Shown piece by piece: positions 38,580 to 53,259 of a stretch of DNA of 64,000 nucleotides. Both the position numbers and the translations under genes were made by a program. The first letter of the stretch is position 1, and each line of letters starts with the position of its first letter. The notes beneath the pieces were generated by a model that saw only the letters and a program-made list of their open reading frames with translations, ran no database searches and was not told the origin of the DNA. Source of the DNA: Chrysomallon squamiferum (taxonomy: Eukaryota > Animalia > Mollusca); assembly GCA_012295275.1 (NCBI GenBank), contig CM022665.1, positions 4,526,001 to 4,590,000 on the forward strand, given 5' to 3'.

Positions 38580-40233
38580 AGTGGTAAAGAAGTAAATTTT
38601 TCTATTTTAAAAGTAGCATCATATATTTTGTGTTAAAGAAAATAAAAACTATGCCTTACCTTTAAGTCTGAAATCGGTTATTCAGGTAAAGACTGAATAA
38701 AAATGTTATAGCTCGGTATATTTATATTAAATTGGTGTTGTTATTTTCACATAGACCAGAGAGAAAGAGTGTGAGAACATTTCACAGTGACCATCCTCTA
38801 AAACAGTTTTGTGAGAAAATTATTAATGTCAAGATCCTGTTAAAACAATCTGTTGCGACTGTTGAATTAATACGGTCACGTTACCGATGGCGATGTTCTG
38901 TAAACTAATTCCAGAATTATTAGAGTAGACAGATGTAAATATTTTTCTGGACATAATGCTAAATTAATTATCTCTAATATTAGAGGGACACATATAAATA
39001 TAACTTATTATTCTTGTTCTGTTTTCCTTTCATCGCTAGATGCCTTATTATTAATTTTTGTTTTCTTATTGTAATACAAATTACAGAATTTATAATGTAG
39101 AAAGGGTGGTTAAGGTACCTGTTTAATGGGCTAACAAACCAGATTATTTTGTTGCTGTTGTTGTTTTGGTGTTCCTTTTTACTTCTTCTTTTTTTTTTTT
39201 TTTTGTCGTATATTAAATGTATAGGATAAGACAGACATTTCTAGTACACGATTTCATACTGTTTACTCGACTAGTCTTGAAGAATATTTTAAATCTAAAC
39301 CAGAAAAATGATTATTTAGAAGAAAATGAAGAAAATAAAATAAAACTGTATTCATTTTGAAGTAGATTAGTTTCTGTTATTCAAAGATTTATGTTTCGGC
39401 TGGAACCAATATGAATATCCAAATATATTAAAACAAGTCAATGGAATTCTGATAAGGAAAATAAAAAGAAAAAATGCTTTTCATGAAAGAATTTGAAGCT
39501 GTGTTCTACATTGTATGTTATATGTCTGTATCTATGTGTGTGTTTATAAATATTCTTCTGTGTAATAATAAATAGGTTGACAATAGTAGAATTAACAAGA
39601 ACATAAATATGGATAAGTAGATTATTAATAAATACAGTTTTGACAATTTAGAAACAAAATCGTATGACGATTATTTAGAGATTTGTATACAGAAGGTCTT
39701 GTTCAGTAACGTGACAATTTTGCCTTAAACTATTAACTAGCAACAGATTGTTTTAACAGGATCTCTGTATTGATGTTTTCACACTTACTTCTTCATGAAA
39801 GCAGAAACAAAATCACCAATTTAGTATAAATGGATGGGCTGCTATAACTGTTTTATTAGCCTTTTATTTGTTCAGGAATCAGTTTACAGTTCAAAGGTAA
39901 GAACTATTTATGTATTTTTCATTTGTTCTCCAGAAAATTTATTACGTTGGAAAATATGATACGTTTATCATTATGTTTGATTCATACTCATGTTTCATGA
40001 ATATTTGAATATTTGAAGGTAAATATAACTAATGAAGGGTCAGTTATAACGCGTACAGTACTATAAGATATAAATATATATATCATTTTGATGTGAGTCG
40101 TATATAAACTCTGCTGCAGCATTTTAAATAACAGATTTCAGCAAAGTAGAATGAAATTAACTTCTCTTTAATTATCTCCAGTAACTTAAGCTAATCTTCT
40201 GGTTTTTAAAATAAACTCCTGATTCTTCTTCAG

Positions 40234-41576
40234 ATGAGAATTGCTCTGCTTTTTGTTCTCGTTGCGGTGTTTGCTGTTCTAAACCAGGGCGATGCTTGGG
40301 GTCGGTTTCGAGTCAGAATTCGATGGAGGCGAGTCAGAGATTGGGCAAAACGTGCAGCTGTAAATTGGGCTGCAAAGAAAGCTGCAACATGGGCATTAGC
40401 TGCTGCTGGAAAGCGAGGTGCGTATTCAGTCGATATTCCTATTCAAATTTTCTTTATGATTAAGTGTCCATCCTTGATTTCTTCTGTAAATACATTGTCA
40501 GAGAAAATAATAAATATTCCGCTTCGAAAGATTGTTTGACAATGATTTCTATTTGCGTATGAAAAGCAAACTTTATCAGAAACGTTAATTAAAAATGAAG
40601 AGTATTTTGATTCTACTTAACAGCCGGTAGGATGCTCGTGTCCACTTTATTCATGTACATCTTGGTTATTAAGGAAATCAGATTTTAATTAAATTTATTT
40701 CAGATGTTTCGGATCTTGACACCAACATGGACGGATTCCTCGACAAAGAGGAACTTGAGAAAATAATGAGTGAACGAGACGTTGAGGATTTCATGGATCT
40801 TGTTGACGAACACGGTAAATTGTTTCTGTTTTGAAAGGAAAATAATCAGCATTTGATTTGTCATCAAAACCCTTTAATAAAATAATTTAATATATCAGTA
40901 GGAGAATGAAACTTTAGAAAACAAAGTAATTTAGAGAAAAATATTAGAGTCAAGTTATTTATGAACATAGTAATTTCATTCTGACCTCAATATGTTTTAC
41001 CAAGTGAAACGCATAGTACTAAATGTCTATTGATGAGAAGACCTGATTCACTAAACAAATGATTTGCTTGGATTTTCTAAATAGTTAAAGCTAAAAATAT
41101 AAATATGCCTATTTGAATTTCTCAATAGAGACTGTCGATGTACTCTGACTGAAGATGAACAGATGTTTTGCTAATATATTGTCGATAATACTGTATTCAG
41201 TCTAAATGTACGAACACTTCACTGATAATTATTGTCTTCATATCAAAGATGATTTTGTGAATTTATGTAGATAATACGTAGAACAAAGTCTTAAGTAAAA
41301 TCTGTCGTATAAAGTTTGACAAAACTGTCACTGTTTGATGTGACTGCTGATAAAATTCTCAAAGAAATTTAAATTCAAATTTATGATTTAAAATGTAAAT
41401 ATCATTACAATGTCCTTATGCGATATTTATATTTAATATTTGATTACTTTAAGAAAAGGTTCGTGTTGTTGTTGTTGTTGTTGATGTTGTTATTGTTATT
41501 ATTACTACTAGGAAACTCTCAGATTACAACTGACGACTTTCAGAGAGTGGTCAGAGAACTGAACGAGATGCAATAA
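40234..41576 (+). CDS. Precursor subtype D copy 3 (119 aa)
   Basis: Exons 40234-40417, 40704-40814 and 41512-41576. The mature peptide has Q->K (NWAAKKAATW); the protein ends LNEMQ. Confidence 0.92.
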
Positions 41577-44500
41577 AAAGAAGAGGTTTGTTTACAATTA
41601 GAAAAATGTGTCTTTTTAAAGTGTCCGTCTTCTTCTTCTTCTCCTCCTCCTCCTTCTTCTTCTTCTTCTTCTTCTTCTTATTATTATTATACAGTTTGTT
41701 AATATTTGAGGAAAACCTTGGTTATTTTGAACTCTCTTCGTCGTTTTATTATTATCAATGTTGATTTGCTACCGTTGTTATTCTTTTTACTGTTTTTATT
41801 CACAACTAAAAATCTTGATCATTATTAAAACATTAAAATTCCTAAACATTTTATGATTTAATTATGTTTTTTCTTTCTTTTAATAGATTGAGTCGAATAG
41901 AGGAAGACGATTTACAGAAATAAAATAAAACAGTATAGTTACAAATGTTTTAGTATTTATATTTAATTTAATATATTTTATTCTCAGAGAAAACGTAATT
42001 TCTAGAAGTAGGTTTCAATCAATACTTTCATAAAAAGGCAAACCAGTGAAACAGAAATCGTTTGTGTTAGCTGTTAAAGCTCAACATGAGATAATTTTCA
42101 TGTAGACAGTTTTTTTCTTTTTTGGGGGGGGGGTTGTGTAGAAGGGACGAATCAAAATTAAGGTAACGAAACAGTATGTAAATGTTTATAATTTGAAATC
42201 AAAATTTTACATGATACTGAGAGAGCCATAGAGAAAATAAACTTCAAAATTGCTTTGATTCTTTTTCATGCAGTATCCTCAAAGAATGCTGTTTCAGGAT
42301 CTTGCTCGCCGGTTTGTGCTCATGATATCAAGGGAAGCTACTCCATCATAAGATAATTTAGCCTACGTATTTTTTTTCGTACACAGCAAATTGATTAGGC
42401 AGGCTTTTTCTCAGTCGTTGTGAATGAAAGAGTAAACGAGAGGATACACACACACATGTGGACATCAGATTTGTTTTATTTTAATTTTTTACGTTTGTAA
42501 GACGTGCAAGTAGGAACCCCACTGATAGCCTGCGTCCTGCAAATGTAAACAGAAGATACGTACAAGCACGAAATGTACTTCTTCCTTCAATTTGTTTAGT
42601 GAAAACAAATACACGTCTTCTTACTTATGTGCTATTTGCTCAGTATTTTGAAACCACTTTTTATAGGTGGAAAGATAACACGATGTTTGTGTGATTGTAC
42701 TGTTAACAAGATACGAAATAACACGTTCAGAAAATCAGTTATTCTTAACTGATCTCACAACATCCTGTTTCACATTATTCGACACAAATCATATAGACTA
42801 GTACGTTTAACAGACCAAATGTTTCGAAAAACTTGGTTAAATCGCCTATATCTTGAAATAACAATATTTTAAAACTGCAGCAGAGCAGATTAATTAACAT
42901 TAATATTAAAAAATACAATATTTAATTCTTAATGGTAACAGTTAGGTAATTTTCTGTTAAGAGATCTACAGATTCGCAGTCTATGGGTGTATCGGTGTGA
43001 ATGTTCGAACCATGTCATTCATTACTGGAGGTACGGATCGAGTATTGTGTCACGTATGGAAGACATCCATTATTCCAGTGATACTGAGCAGCTTGCTGCA
43101 GACCTGCAAGAATTAGTCTGCCAAAGTCCACTGAAGTCAACTTCACATAAGAAGCAAAATTCTGGATTTATTCAGTGTCATTTAATTCACAGTCCTATAT
43201 AACTGACAGTCAACATAGGAAAGAAAATAAAACAGGTGCTGGTCTGAGGTGCCAGTGGAACCTTGCATATATAAATCCATTGCTGAAATTTTATCATGAG
43301 GACTTAGAGAAAATAAACTTTTAATTTTCTTTTATCCTTTGTCATCTAGCATCTTCAAAGAATTCTGTTTCACCATCTTGCTTGCCGGTTTCCGCTCAAG
43401 ATATAAAGGGAAGCTACTCCATCATAACATATTCTAGCCTCCGTATTTTTTCCATACACAGTGATTCCATTAGGAAAGGAAACAGTCACCTTTCAAGAAA
43501 CATTCGTGGCTCGAGGTAAACGGGCAGAATTTTTCTCAGTCTTTGTAAATGAGTGAACAAGATGATATACACGAGGTGTCCAAATAGGAAACCCAAATAA
43601 TCCGCCCCTGATAACCTCTGTGATGCATCGTAATGCGAAATGCAATTAACATTAATATTAAAAGATGGAATAGAAATGCGTTGCTGCTGCTAATTTATCA
43701 TAATCCCATGATTTATCGCTAACACTGGATCTTTGGGAATACCTTGGTCATGCATCTCACGTCGTCCACAAATGAAAAAACTGAGAAAACTGGAAACACG
43801 TGCTGCAACAGGAGTGGAATGCTTTGTTCCAGAACACTGTTAGCAGTCCTATTACGTTGAAGAGAAGAAGATGTTTCAGGTGGCGGTCATATGCGATATT
43901 CATTTGCCATTGTGTCTTTTATACGTACATGAATTAAAACTAGTCACTGATTGTGCATTCTTTTATGTTTGTCATTAACAGACATCCATTTATCGCTGTT
44001 CACAGCATAAACATTTGTTGCTCCGGTATACTTTTCAGAAACAGAAGTAACAAGAACGCATATAAAAGTATGAAAAGTATTAATAAATACATTTCTGACG
44101 ATTATGCGACAATTATTGAATTGTGTTAAACATCACCTTTGCATCAATGTTTAAGAGTTACTTGCTCAACAAAATCACCAGGTTTTGGTAAATTCAAACA
44201 AAATATGGAAATAATTATAATGCTGCTTAACGTATGATCTAAAACGTGCATGATTTACTTTTACACACACAGAAACACACAAAGACAGACACACACACAT
44301 ACACACAGATATATCCATTTGATTTCAACGAAACCTTTTATTGGTGAATATGTTTCACTATGTTCATGGGTAACTCACCCTTAAACGTTTCTCCTTCGGT
44401 TTCCACAAATCATAAAACTGCAGATGAAAATTAAAGAGGGAAATAAGAGAAAGACGAGTTTTCTATGGTTAAGACACTTCCATGTAATCAAGTTGTATGT

Positions 44501-44664
44501 TGAATTTTTAATTTTTAAATTCTTTTAAACAAACTAAAACAAAACAAAAAAATATGCCTGTATATATATATTTTTTTTTATTCAGAGTGTGGGTACGAGA
44601 ATAATCTGTCAATGAAAGAAAATATATGATTGACTGAAACACATAAACAAAGCATAAACAAAGC

Positions 44665-44702
<38 letters not shown>

Positions 44703-44854
44703 TAAAAAAAAAGCAAAAACAAAACCTGTGTGTACACCCCTCGAACAAAAACCCGATGAAATAAATATGAAAGAAACACAAAGAGCACTTATTAAGCAGT
44801 CAATAACAAATATATTTTTAAAAGTAGAACAACAACAACAACAACAACAACAAC

Positions 44855-44899
<45 letters not shown>

Positions 44900-45035
44900 G
44901 ATCATCATGACGATGATGATAATGGAGCCGAATAAGATTTTAAAAAAATCAAATAAAAATTAAGAATAGTAACGGGTATTTTAAATGAGACGTGTCAATA
45001 ATAAAAAAATCAAATCAGACGAACCTCTTCTGTTT

Positions 45036-45853
45036 CTACTCCATTTCACTTAGATCTCTGACCATTCTCTGAAATTCGTCAGTCGTAATGTGTGCATTGT
45101 CTAAAACAAACAAACAAACATAAATAAATTATAATATCCATTAAATATCAAATTTGAAAGAAAAAGAAGAAAAAAGTCATTACCCTTTATTATTCATTTT
45201 AATTCATCTTAATCTTTACGGAAATAAAAATGCATATTTCAGATTGACACAGTTATTATTTTCTTTCTTTTTCAGAAGTAATCTGAATATTTTTTCATTA
45301 AATAATTTACACTTGTAATATCGTTTATGATTAAAGGTACATTTCTATTTCACGTTAAAAATAGGTTTACCTTCGTCAACAAGAGCCAACAAATCCTCAG
45401 CATCTCGACGACTCATTATTTTCTCAAGTTCTTCTTGGTCTAAGAGTCCATCATTGTTGGTGTCGATCTCAGAAATATCTGACACAAATATATATATTAT
45501 ATATAAATTAGAACTGTATTTTTACATAGAAAAGATCAACTGACCTGACAGTTTATGTTTAGTTCTGAGACTAAATTGTTCTTGATTGATATTTTTCATA
45601 TCCTCAGTTCTTAAGCAAAAGTGTACGACGTAATTCTTTACAGTAGCTAAAGATAAAAATTTAATTATTTTTTTCTGAACTTAAATTTAACGTAAACTAA
45701 GTGCGTACCTCGCTTGTCATTCGCAATCAATGACATTAGTTTTGCGCAACCCCAGTCTACAGCTTTTCTTTTCAACGAGTCTAGTAAGAATGCATCAGCC
45801 TCGATCAGTACAGCGAATACCACTACGAGTACAAGGAGCAGGGCAACTCTCAT
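45036..45853 (-). CDS. Divergent precursor subtype E (105 aa): C-type signal and propiece with a different 25-aa mature peptide
   Basis: Exons 45853-45709, 45478-45371 and 45100-45036, in frame with GT-AG sites. Protein: MRVALLLVLVVVFAVLIEADA / FLLDSLKRKAVDWGCAKLMSLIAND / KR / propiece identical to C1. No family-type exon 1 or promoter recognised upstream. Confidence 0.75.
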
Positions 45854-46230
45854 CTGAAGAAGAACAAAATACGTTTTAGAACATCTCACAGTCCAGTAGA
45901 TTCTGAAGGTAAAAATTAAATACTATCTGAAGGTCAAAAATATATTTTACCTATTGTTCATAGTCTTCTTAAATTTATGGTTATATAACTACATAGATAC
46001 AATCACGCCTGCGCGCACCCACACAAACAATCCATACAAGCATGGATGCATACATACATGCATACAAAATACTAACACACATACATGGTATATGGAAACA
46101 CTTTTGTACAGAGATGAACATGAAAAGATTAACCTTTGAAACATTTTCAGTTATGAATCATATTATCTAAATATGTGAAAATAAAATGTATTAAATATTT
46201 AAAATGGAATAATAATAATAATAATAATAA

Positions 46231-46261
<31 letters not shown>

Positions 46262-46299
46262 AAGAAGAAAAAAGACAAATTAGTTGTCGAATCATCATC

Positions 46300-46330
<31 letters not shown>

Positions 46331-47370
46331 ATATACAAACACAATATCGAAATAATAATATACATTAACTTTCGATGTAAACTGGGTATGATTTATTTAA
46401 TTTACACACACGCACACACACACACACACAAACACGCATGCGTTAGTTTTACAACATCGCTAATCAAGGAATCAAGGAAGAACTCAATACGGGCTCACTG
46501 GTTCCACAGAAACAGACACAGAACATTTCTTTGAATTCCTTTTCTTTTATCAATCTCTATAATCTATTAGCAGAGGATATCTGTCATGGCAGTGATAACG
46601 AAGTGACGCGTTTCCATTATAAATCGTACAAAAAGAGCTTACTCTCCTTGATTTTGTTTCTGTAGATTTTTAAGAAGGCAGATTCTATTTTATTTAATAT
46701 AGATTTAAATATTTCGGTTAAAAAATTCACCATCATTCTTTTCATCATTCGTCACTTTATCCAAACTTTTAGTAGGTTTATCATATGTCAAGCAATCATC
46801 TAGTAATTTAAATCTGTCAGAAATAAGTTATAACTAGATATATTAAAATATCCATTACTGACGGACATGTGTTGCTGTTTTGATGGGTTAAATCACTGAT
46901 AAACTCGTTTCCTTATTAAGAAGGAGAAATAAGAAAAAGAGAAAATCTTTCTATAACCAACTGATTACCAAACTAACTCGCAAGGCACTGGATAAACAGG
47001 ACCTTTGTATTCATGTTTTCACACTTACTTGTTGATGAAAACAGATATAAAATCACCAGTTTAGTATAAATTCGTGGACAGCTATAATAGTTTCAGTCGC
47101 TTTTTTTCTCTCAGAAATCAATTTACACTTGAAAGGTAAGAAACACATCTTTTTCATTTGCTCAGAAATTTCACTTTTGGAAATCTCCTATTAATCCCAC
47201 TTTGATTTATCTAATTTGAATATCTTGAGACTTCCTGAATGATGTAAAACTTAATACATTTATTTTACGAGTAATAAAAGTGAATGTTGTATTGAGCATA
47301 GTTAACTGGGTTTGTCTGGGTAAGTTTGGCTATTCGTCTGGTTTCAAAATAAACGCTGATTCTTCTTCAG

Positions 47371-47865
47371 ATGAGAATTGCTTTCCTCTTTGTTCTCGTT
47401 GCGGTGTTTGCTCTTCTAAACCAGGGTGAAGCTTGGCGTCGGTTTCGTATTAGAATTCGATGGAGGCGAGTCAGAGATTGGGCAAAACGTGCAGCTGTAA
47501 ACTGGGCTCTAAAGAAAGCAGCAACATTGGCAGTAGCGGCTGCTGGAAAGCGAGGTATGTGTGCTCAATTTAGATTCTTATTAAAATTAAATACGTTTTC
47601 TTTATTATTATGCGTCCATACTAGCTATTTCTTGTATATATTTTGAAACAGAAAGTCTACTGCTGTCCCAAAACTTGTTTTACAGTGATTTATGTCAAAG
47701 ACAGGAAATCTAATTTTTAAGGAATTTATTTCAGATGTATCTGGTCTTGACACGAACATGGACGGATTTCTCGACAAAGAGGAACTTGAGAAAATAATGA
47801 GTGAACGAGACGTTGAGGATTTCATGGATCTTGTTGACGAGAACGGTAAATTTATTCTTAATTAA
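47371..47865 (+). pseudogene. Precursor subtype B copy 3, 3'-truncated (exons 4 and 5 lost); possibly still expressed
   Basis: Exons 47371-47554 and 47735-47845 are intact. Intron 3 is fused to post-exon-4 sequence at about 48100. Read-through of the exon-3 donor gives GKFILN* with the stop at 47863-47865. Confidence 0.8.
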
Positions 47866-50372
47866 TAAAGAAACTAATCATGATTTGATTCATCAACAAC
47901 GGCATTTAGCGATATAATTTAAAATATGAGTTCTGATAAAATCTGTTCTTCTAAACAAATTACCTTGTTGGATTTTCAAAATAACAGCACAGAAAATACG
48001 ATAATGTTTATCAGCATATCAAAGATGATTTTATTTAATTAAGGAGGGATTATGGAGAAGAAATTAAAGTAAAACAACAAAGTTAAATCTGTCATATAAT
48101 GGATCTTTTTAAAGTGTCTGTCTTCTTCTTCCTCGACTTCTTCTTCTTCTTCTTCTTCTTCTTATGTTTGTTAGTATTTAAAAACCAAAAAAGTCATATT
48201 GAACTGTCTGCCTTCTTCTTCTTCTTCGTAATTTTATTATGATCAGTATTGATTTACCACCGTTGTTATTCTTATTATTGTTATTGTTATTATTTTTATT
48301 ATTCACAACTAATATTCTTAATCATTTTTAAAACATTAAAATTTTTAAACATTTTATGATTTAATTACTTATTTTCTTTCTTCTTCTTCTTCTTATTATT
48401 ATTAGGCCGTTTATTAATGTTCTAAAACAAAACGCAATTCGTGCAAGCAGGTTTCAGTCAGTGCTTTGATGCCTATATGAATCAGGAAAACAGAAATCGT
48501 TTGTGTTAGTTGTAAGAAGTCAACATCAACTAATTTGCATGAAGACAATTTTTAATAGCCAGAGACGATTCATTATTTAGGTAAGGGGGTATTGCGGAAC
48601 AATATGTAAATGTTTATAATATCAAATTAAAAATGTGTACACAATAGTGAGAGAGACACAGAGAACATAACTTTTAATTTGCTTTGTCATCTAGCATTCT
48701 CAAAGAATGCTGTTTCAGCGTCTTGCTCGACGGTTTCCGCTCAATATATAAAGGGAAGCTACTCCATCATAACAGATTTTAGCCTCTGGTTTTTTTTCTA
48801 ACAAAGCGATTCCATCAGGAAAGGAAACAGTCATCTTTCAAAAAACATTCATAGATCGAGGTAAACAGGCAGAATTTTTCTCAGTCTTTGTGAATGGGTG
48901 AACCATATGATACACACGAGGTGTGCAACTAGGAAACCCAAATAATCCGCCCCTGATAACCTTTGTGATGCATCGTACAAATGTGAAGAAACCATACGTC
49001 TACACATACAAACACGAAATGTAATTGTCACTTCAATTTATTTAGCGAAAACACAGAAACGTTTTGCTACTTAAATGCTATTTAAGACCGGTATTTTGAG
49101 AAAGATAATATTATTGAAAACATCACAAATGATACAGACTAGCAGTTTAGCAGATTAAAAGTTGCGATTTATTAAATAACCTTATTTTAATATTGTAAGA
49201 GCGAAATCGAATTAACATTAATATTAAATGTTGGAATATTTCATTGTTAAATAGAACAGTTACATAACTTTATGATAACAGATACAGAGGTTCGTAGTAT
49301 GTAGTGTGTTGGTGTGAATCATCCAATCACGCCATCCATTATTAGCGGTTCATTTCAAGTGTCGTGTCATCTGTTGAAGACATCCATTATTCCAGTGATA
49401 CTGAACAGCTTGCTTCAGACCAGGAAGAATTAGTCTGCCAAAGTCCATTGAATTTAGGTTCACATAAACCCGTAAAATTCTGGTTTTATTCAGTGTCATT
49501 TAATTCACAGTTCCGTGTATTGACCGTCAACAGAGGAAAGAAAAGAAAATAGGTGGTGTGGTCTAATGTGTCACTGGAACCTTCCATATATAAATCCATT
49601 GTTGCTGTTAATTTATCATCATCCGGACTGTCCCATGATTTATCGCCAACATTGGATCTTTTGGATTACCTTGGTCAATGCATCTCACGTCGTCCTCATG
49701 GTTATATTATCCACATAGCAAACACATTTTACTGCTTTTTATTATTGCTTATTCTAAATACATTTTAATTTTCCTCTAAGGAAAAAACAACACAAAAATC
49801 AATATTTATTAAGATAAAAATTCCTTTCATTCCTTCATGTATTTATTTATTTCGTTTTATTTATTGTTTTATTTATTTATTTATTTATTTATATATTTGT
49901 TTGTTTCTTTATTTGATTTTAAGTGTTTCACGATTGCTATCCTCACCAAAAGAAAAAGAAATATACACGTTGAAAAATAAAAGCTTTTATTATCAGTATA
50001 TAAGATCATAATTTGATCGTTTCATTTATATTTTGAGGACTCTTTTCTTGGTCAAACTGTTGTAACTGCTGTAAGAGAAAGAGAAAAAAAAGATAATTAA
50101 ATGTAAAATCACAAAATAATAAGAATTTTTTTACAAACGTATACATTAAGACTACATTTCTGTCAGTCTTATATTTTCGAGGTACGTATAATTTTATTAT
50201 TATTATTTTTTTCTTCTTCCGTTCTTTTTATATTCTAACTTTTTATTTTGGTTTGCTGTCTGAAAGATCTAAACAAAATAAATAATATTACATTCAACAG
50301 TGTTTAATGAGAGTTATTGATATATAAAAATATATATAAAAAAAAGAATCAAATACAAACCTCTTTTTTGTG

Positions 50373-51261
50373 TTATTCCATTTCATTCAGTTCACGGAGC
50401 ATTCGCTGGAAGTCATCAGTAGAGATCTCAGAGTTTCCTGAAAAAAAGAAAAAAAAATACATACATATATATATATATAAAACAATATGAATAATAATAT
50501 ATTTCATCATTTTGTACTAATTATATTAGTTGTTCGTCACACATTAAAGTTGAGACGAAAATAAGTAAATATTCACCAAGTTTATCATTTTTACTTTAAC
50601 ACCCGTGTGATTTTATTTTTCCTTAATGCTACTAATTGGAGAGTGAAAATGTTTCTAGTTTTTGTTTACCTTCCTCGCCAATAAATTCCATGAAATCATC
50701 AGCGTCTCGTCGACTCATTATTTGTTCAAGTTCTTCATGGTTCAGGATTCCGTCCATGTTCGTGTCGATCTCCGAAATATCTGTAACAAATAGCTAAAGT
50801 CTAAAGTTTTTATTTATATAATTTTATTAATAAACGACGCTTTTATTGCAAGAATTTGTCGAACCATAATCAAATAGAATATATTGAGACCATTTTAAAT
50901 GTTGTAGAGAATACTTTGTATGCATACATTCTTACGGACTCTCTGTTTTTACACACACACACAAACAAACACACACATACACACATACACTCACACACAC
51001 ACACACACATATGTAAATACTGAAGATTGTTTATTCATTTTTAACAAGAACTAAAGCTAAAACTATTTTAGAAAACCAACCTCGTTTTCCTTGGCTTGCA
51101 AGCCAGTCCTTTGCCTTCCTCTTAGCCCAGTCTAAAGCTTGACGTTTTGCCCAGTCCCTGACTCGCCTCCATCTGATTCGAATACGAAACCGACGCCAAG
51201 CATCGCTCTCGTTTAGAAAACAGAATGCCGCTACGAGTACAAGAAGCAGAGCAAGTTTCAT
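50373..51261 (-). CDS. Precursor subtype A copy 4 (118 aa)
   Basis: Exons 51261-51081, 50780-50670 and 50437-50373; same protein as A1. Confidence 0.92.
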
Positions 51262-53259
51262 CTGAAAAACAAATAAATAAATTGAGAAGCAGCATACATC
51301 ACTTTCTTCGGTCTGTTGAATTGTTATTACAGTTGTGTTTTCATCGTCAGCTAAAAAAAAAAAAAAAAAAATAAAAAAAATTAGTGTTAATAACAAAATC
51401 TCAGTATTATGTAAAATTACTATACTATTTTTAGAGGTTTCTAAACCCTATTTTAAAGAAATTAGTATAAGCAAAACATATGAGTAAATATATTTCAGAG
51501 TAAATGAAATCCACCTCTTTTAAGTCGCATATCATCAGTAAAATAATTTGTATTGTAGCTGTCATAAGAAAAAAAGATTTCAGTAAATATATTTCAGTTT
51601 AAATGAAAACTGTGACTTACCTTTCAGCCGTAGATTGTCAGGGAAAGAGTGAATAAAACTGTTGTTGTACTTGGCTACTTTATACTAAATTGGTGTTGTT
51701 ATTTCTTGTTTGATCAGTGACAAAGTGTGAGAAGTTTAATGCAAATATCCTGTTATTGCAATCTGTTGCAAACACGAAAATAATTGATAATTCATGTATG
51801 AACAACGGAAATAATTAATAAGCATTTTGATAAATATTTGTATTTCTAAAAGTAATCTGATTCTACTTTATTTTCAGTTTTTGACAGAAATTATTTTTGA
51901 AAATTCAGTATAATTTTTGTATGTAATATAGTTTTTCAAATTGTACATGATTTTACTTGACATAATTGCCGCGTTTATTTGAAACTGTATTCTTACTCAG
52001 TTTTTGTCGTTTTACGCTCCAGAATTATAAAGACTTATTTAGGAATTTATTTCCACAAAGTGTACGGGGTTCTTGTTCTCAGTAAATATAGCATTGCTTT
52101 AAATAAATTTAAAGATTATTGTTAAAAAATTCGCGATTGTAATATGTTTTTATCATTAGTCATTTTTTTCCCCACTTTTAGTAGGTTTGGTATATGTCAA
52201 GCAAACATCTAGTAATTTAAATCTGTCAGAAATGAGTTATAACTAGACATATTAAAATATCCATTACTGACGAATATGTGTTGTTGTTTTGATGGATTTA
52301 AGGAGGAACAAGAAAAGAAAAATTTTTCTGGAACCAACAGATTACTAATCATAATAAGAATATATATTGTTTGCAAAACAAAACAAAACAAAGTATTTGT
52401 TCATTCACTATGTGGATTTTTATACTTTATTCCAGGATTCAAATACTAAAGACATATATACATGTTCTGCTGTTGTCATTGTACAGCAGAAACCATTCAA
52501 TATAAATAAGAATACTAAAATAAAAAATTCAAAAACATATTCTTTTCATGAAAGTATTGCGAACAGGTATAATATATATATATGCGTATATGTGAACTAA
52601 AAACAACAGAGATAACAAGAACACAAACAAGAATAAGAAAACTACTGATACATTTCTGACAGTTGTAATAAAATGAAATGATGCGGCGACTGTTTTCAGA
52701 TTTGTTTACAGAAAATCGCCTACAACAAAATAACAGTTTTTCCTGAGACTATTAATTAGCAACAGACTGGATTAACAGGACCTTTGTATTTATGTTTTCA
52801 CACTTACCTGTTGATGAAAACAGATATGAAATCACCAGTTTAGTATAAATTCGTGAACAGCTATAATAGTTACAGTCGCTTTTTTCTCTCAGAAATCGAT
52901 ATACACTTAAAAGGTAAAAAACATATTTTTTCATTTGCTCAGAAATTACAGTATTTGAAATCTGCTAGTGTTCCCATTTTGAAATATCTTGAGACTTCCT
53001 GAATAATATAAAACTTAATCATTTATATAACGAGTAATAAAAGTAAATGTTGATCATTTGTCGTAGACATACATACATTATTTTGCCAGTATCAGTAGCT
53101 ATCTAACAGTTTTTATTTTTAAGCTTTGTAAATTAAGATTCTATATGTAGAAAATAACAACTATTTTTACAGGAACCGGAACGCTTAGTTAAAAATGGGT
53201 TTGTCTGGGTAAGTTCAGTTATTCGTCTGGTTTCAAAATAAACGCTGATTCTTCTTCAG

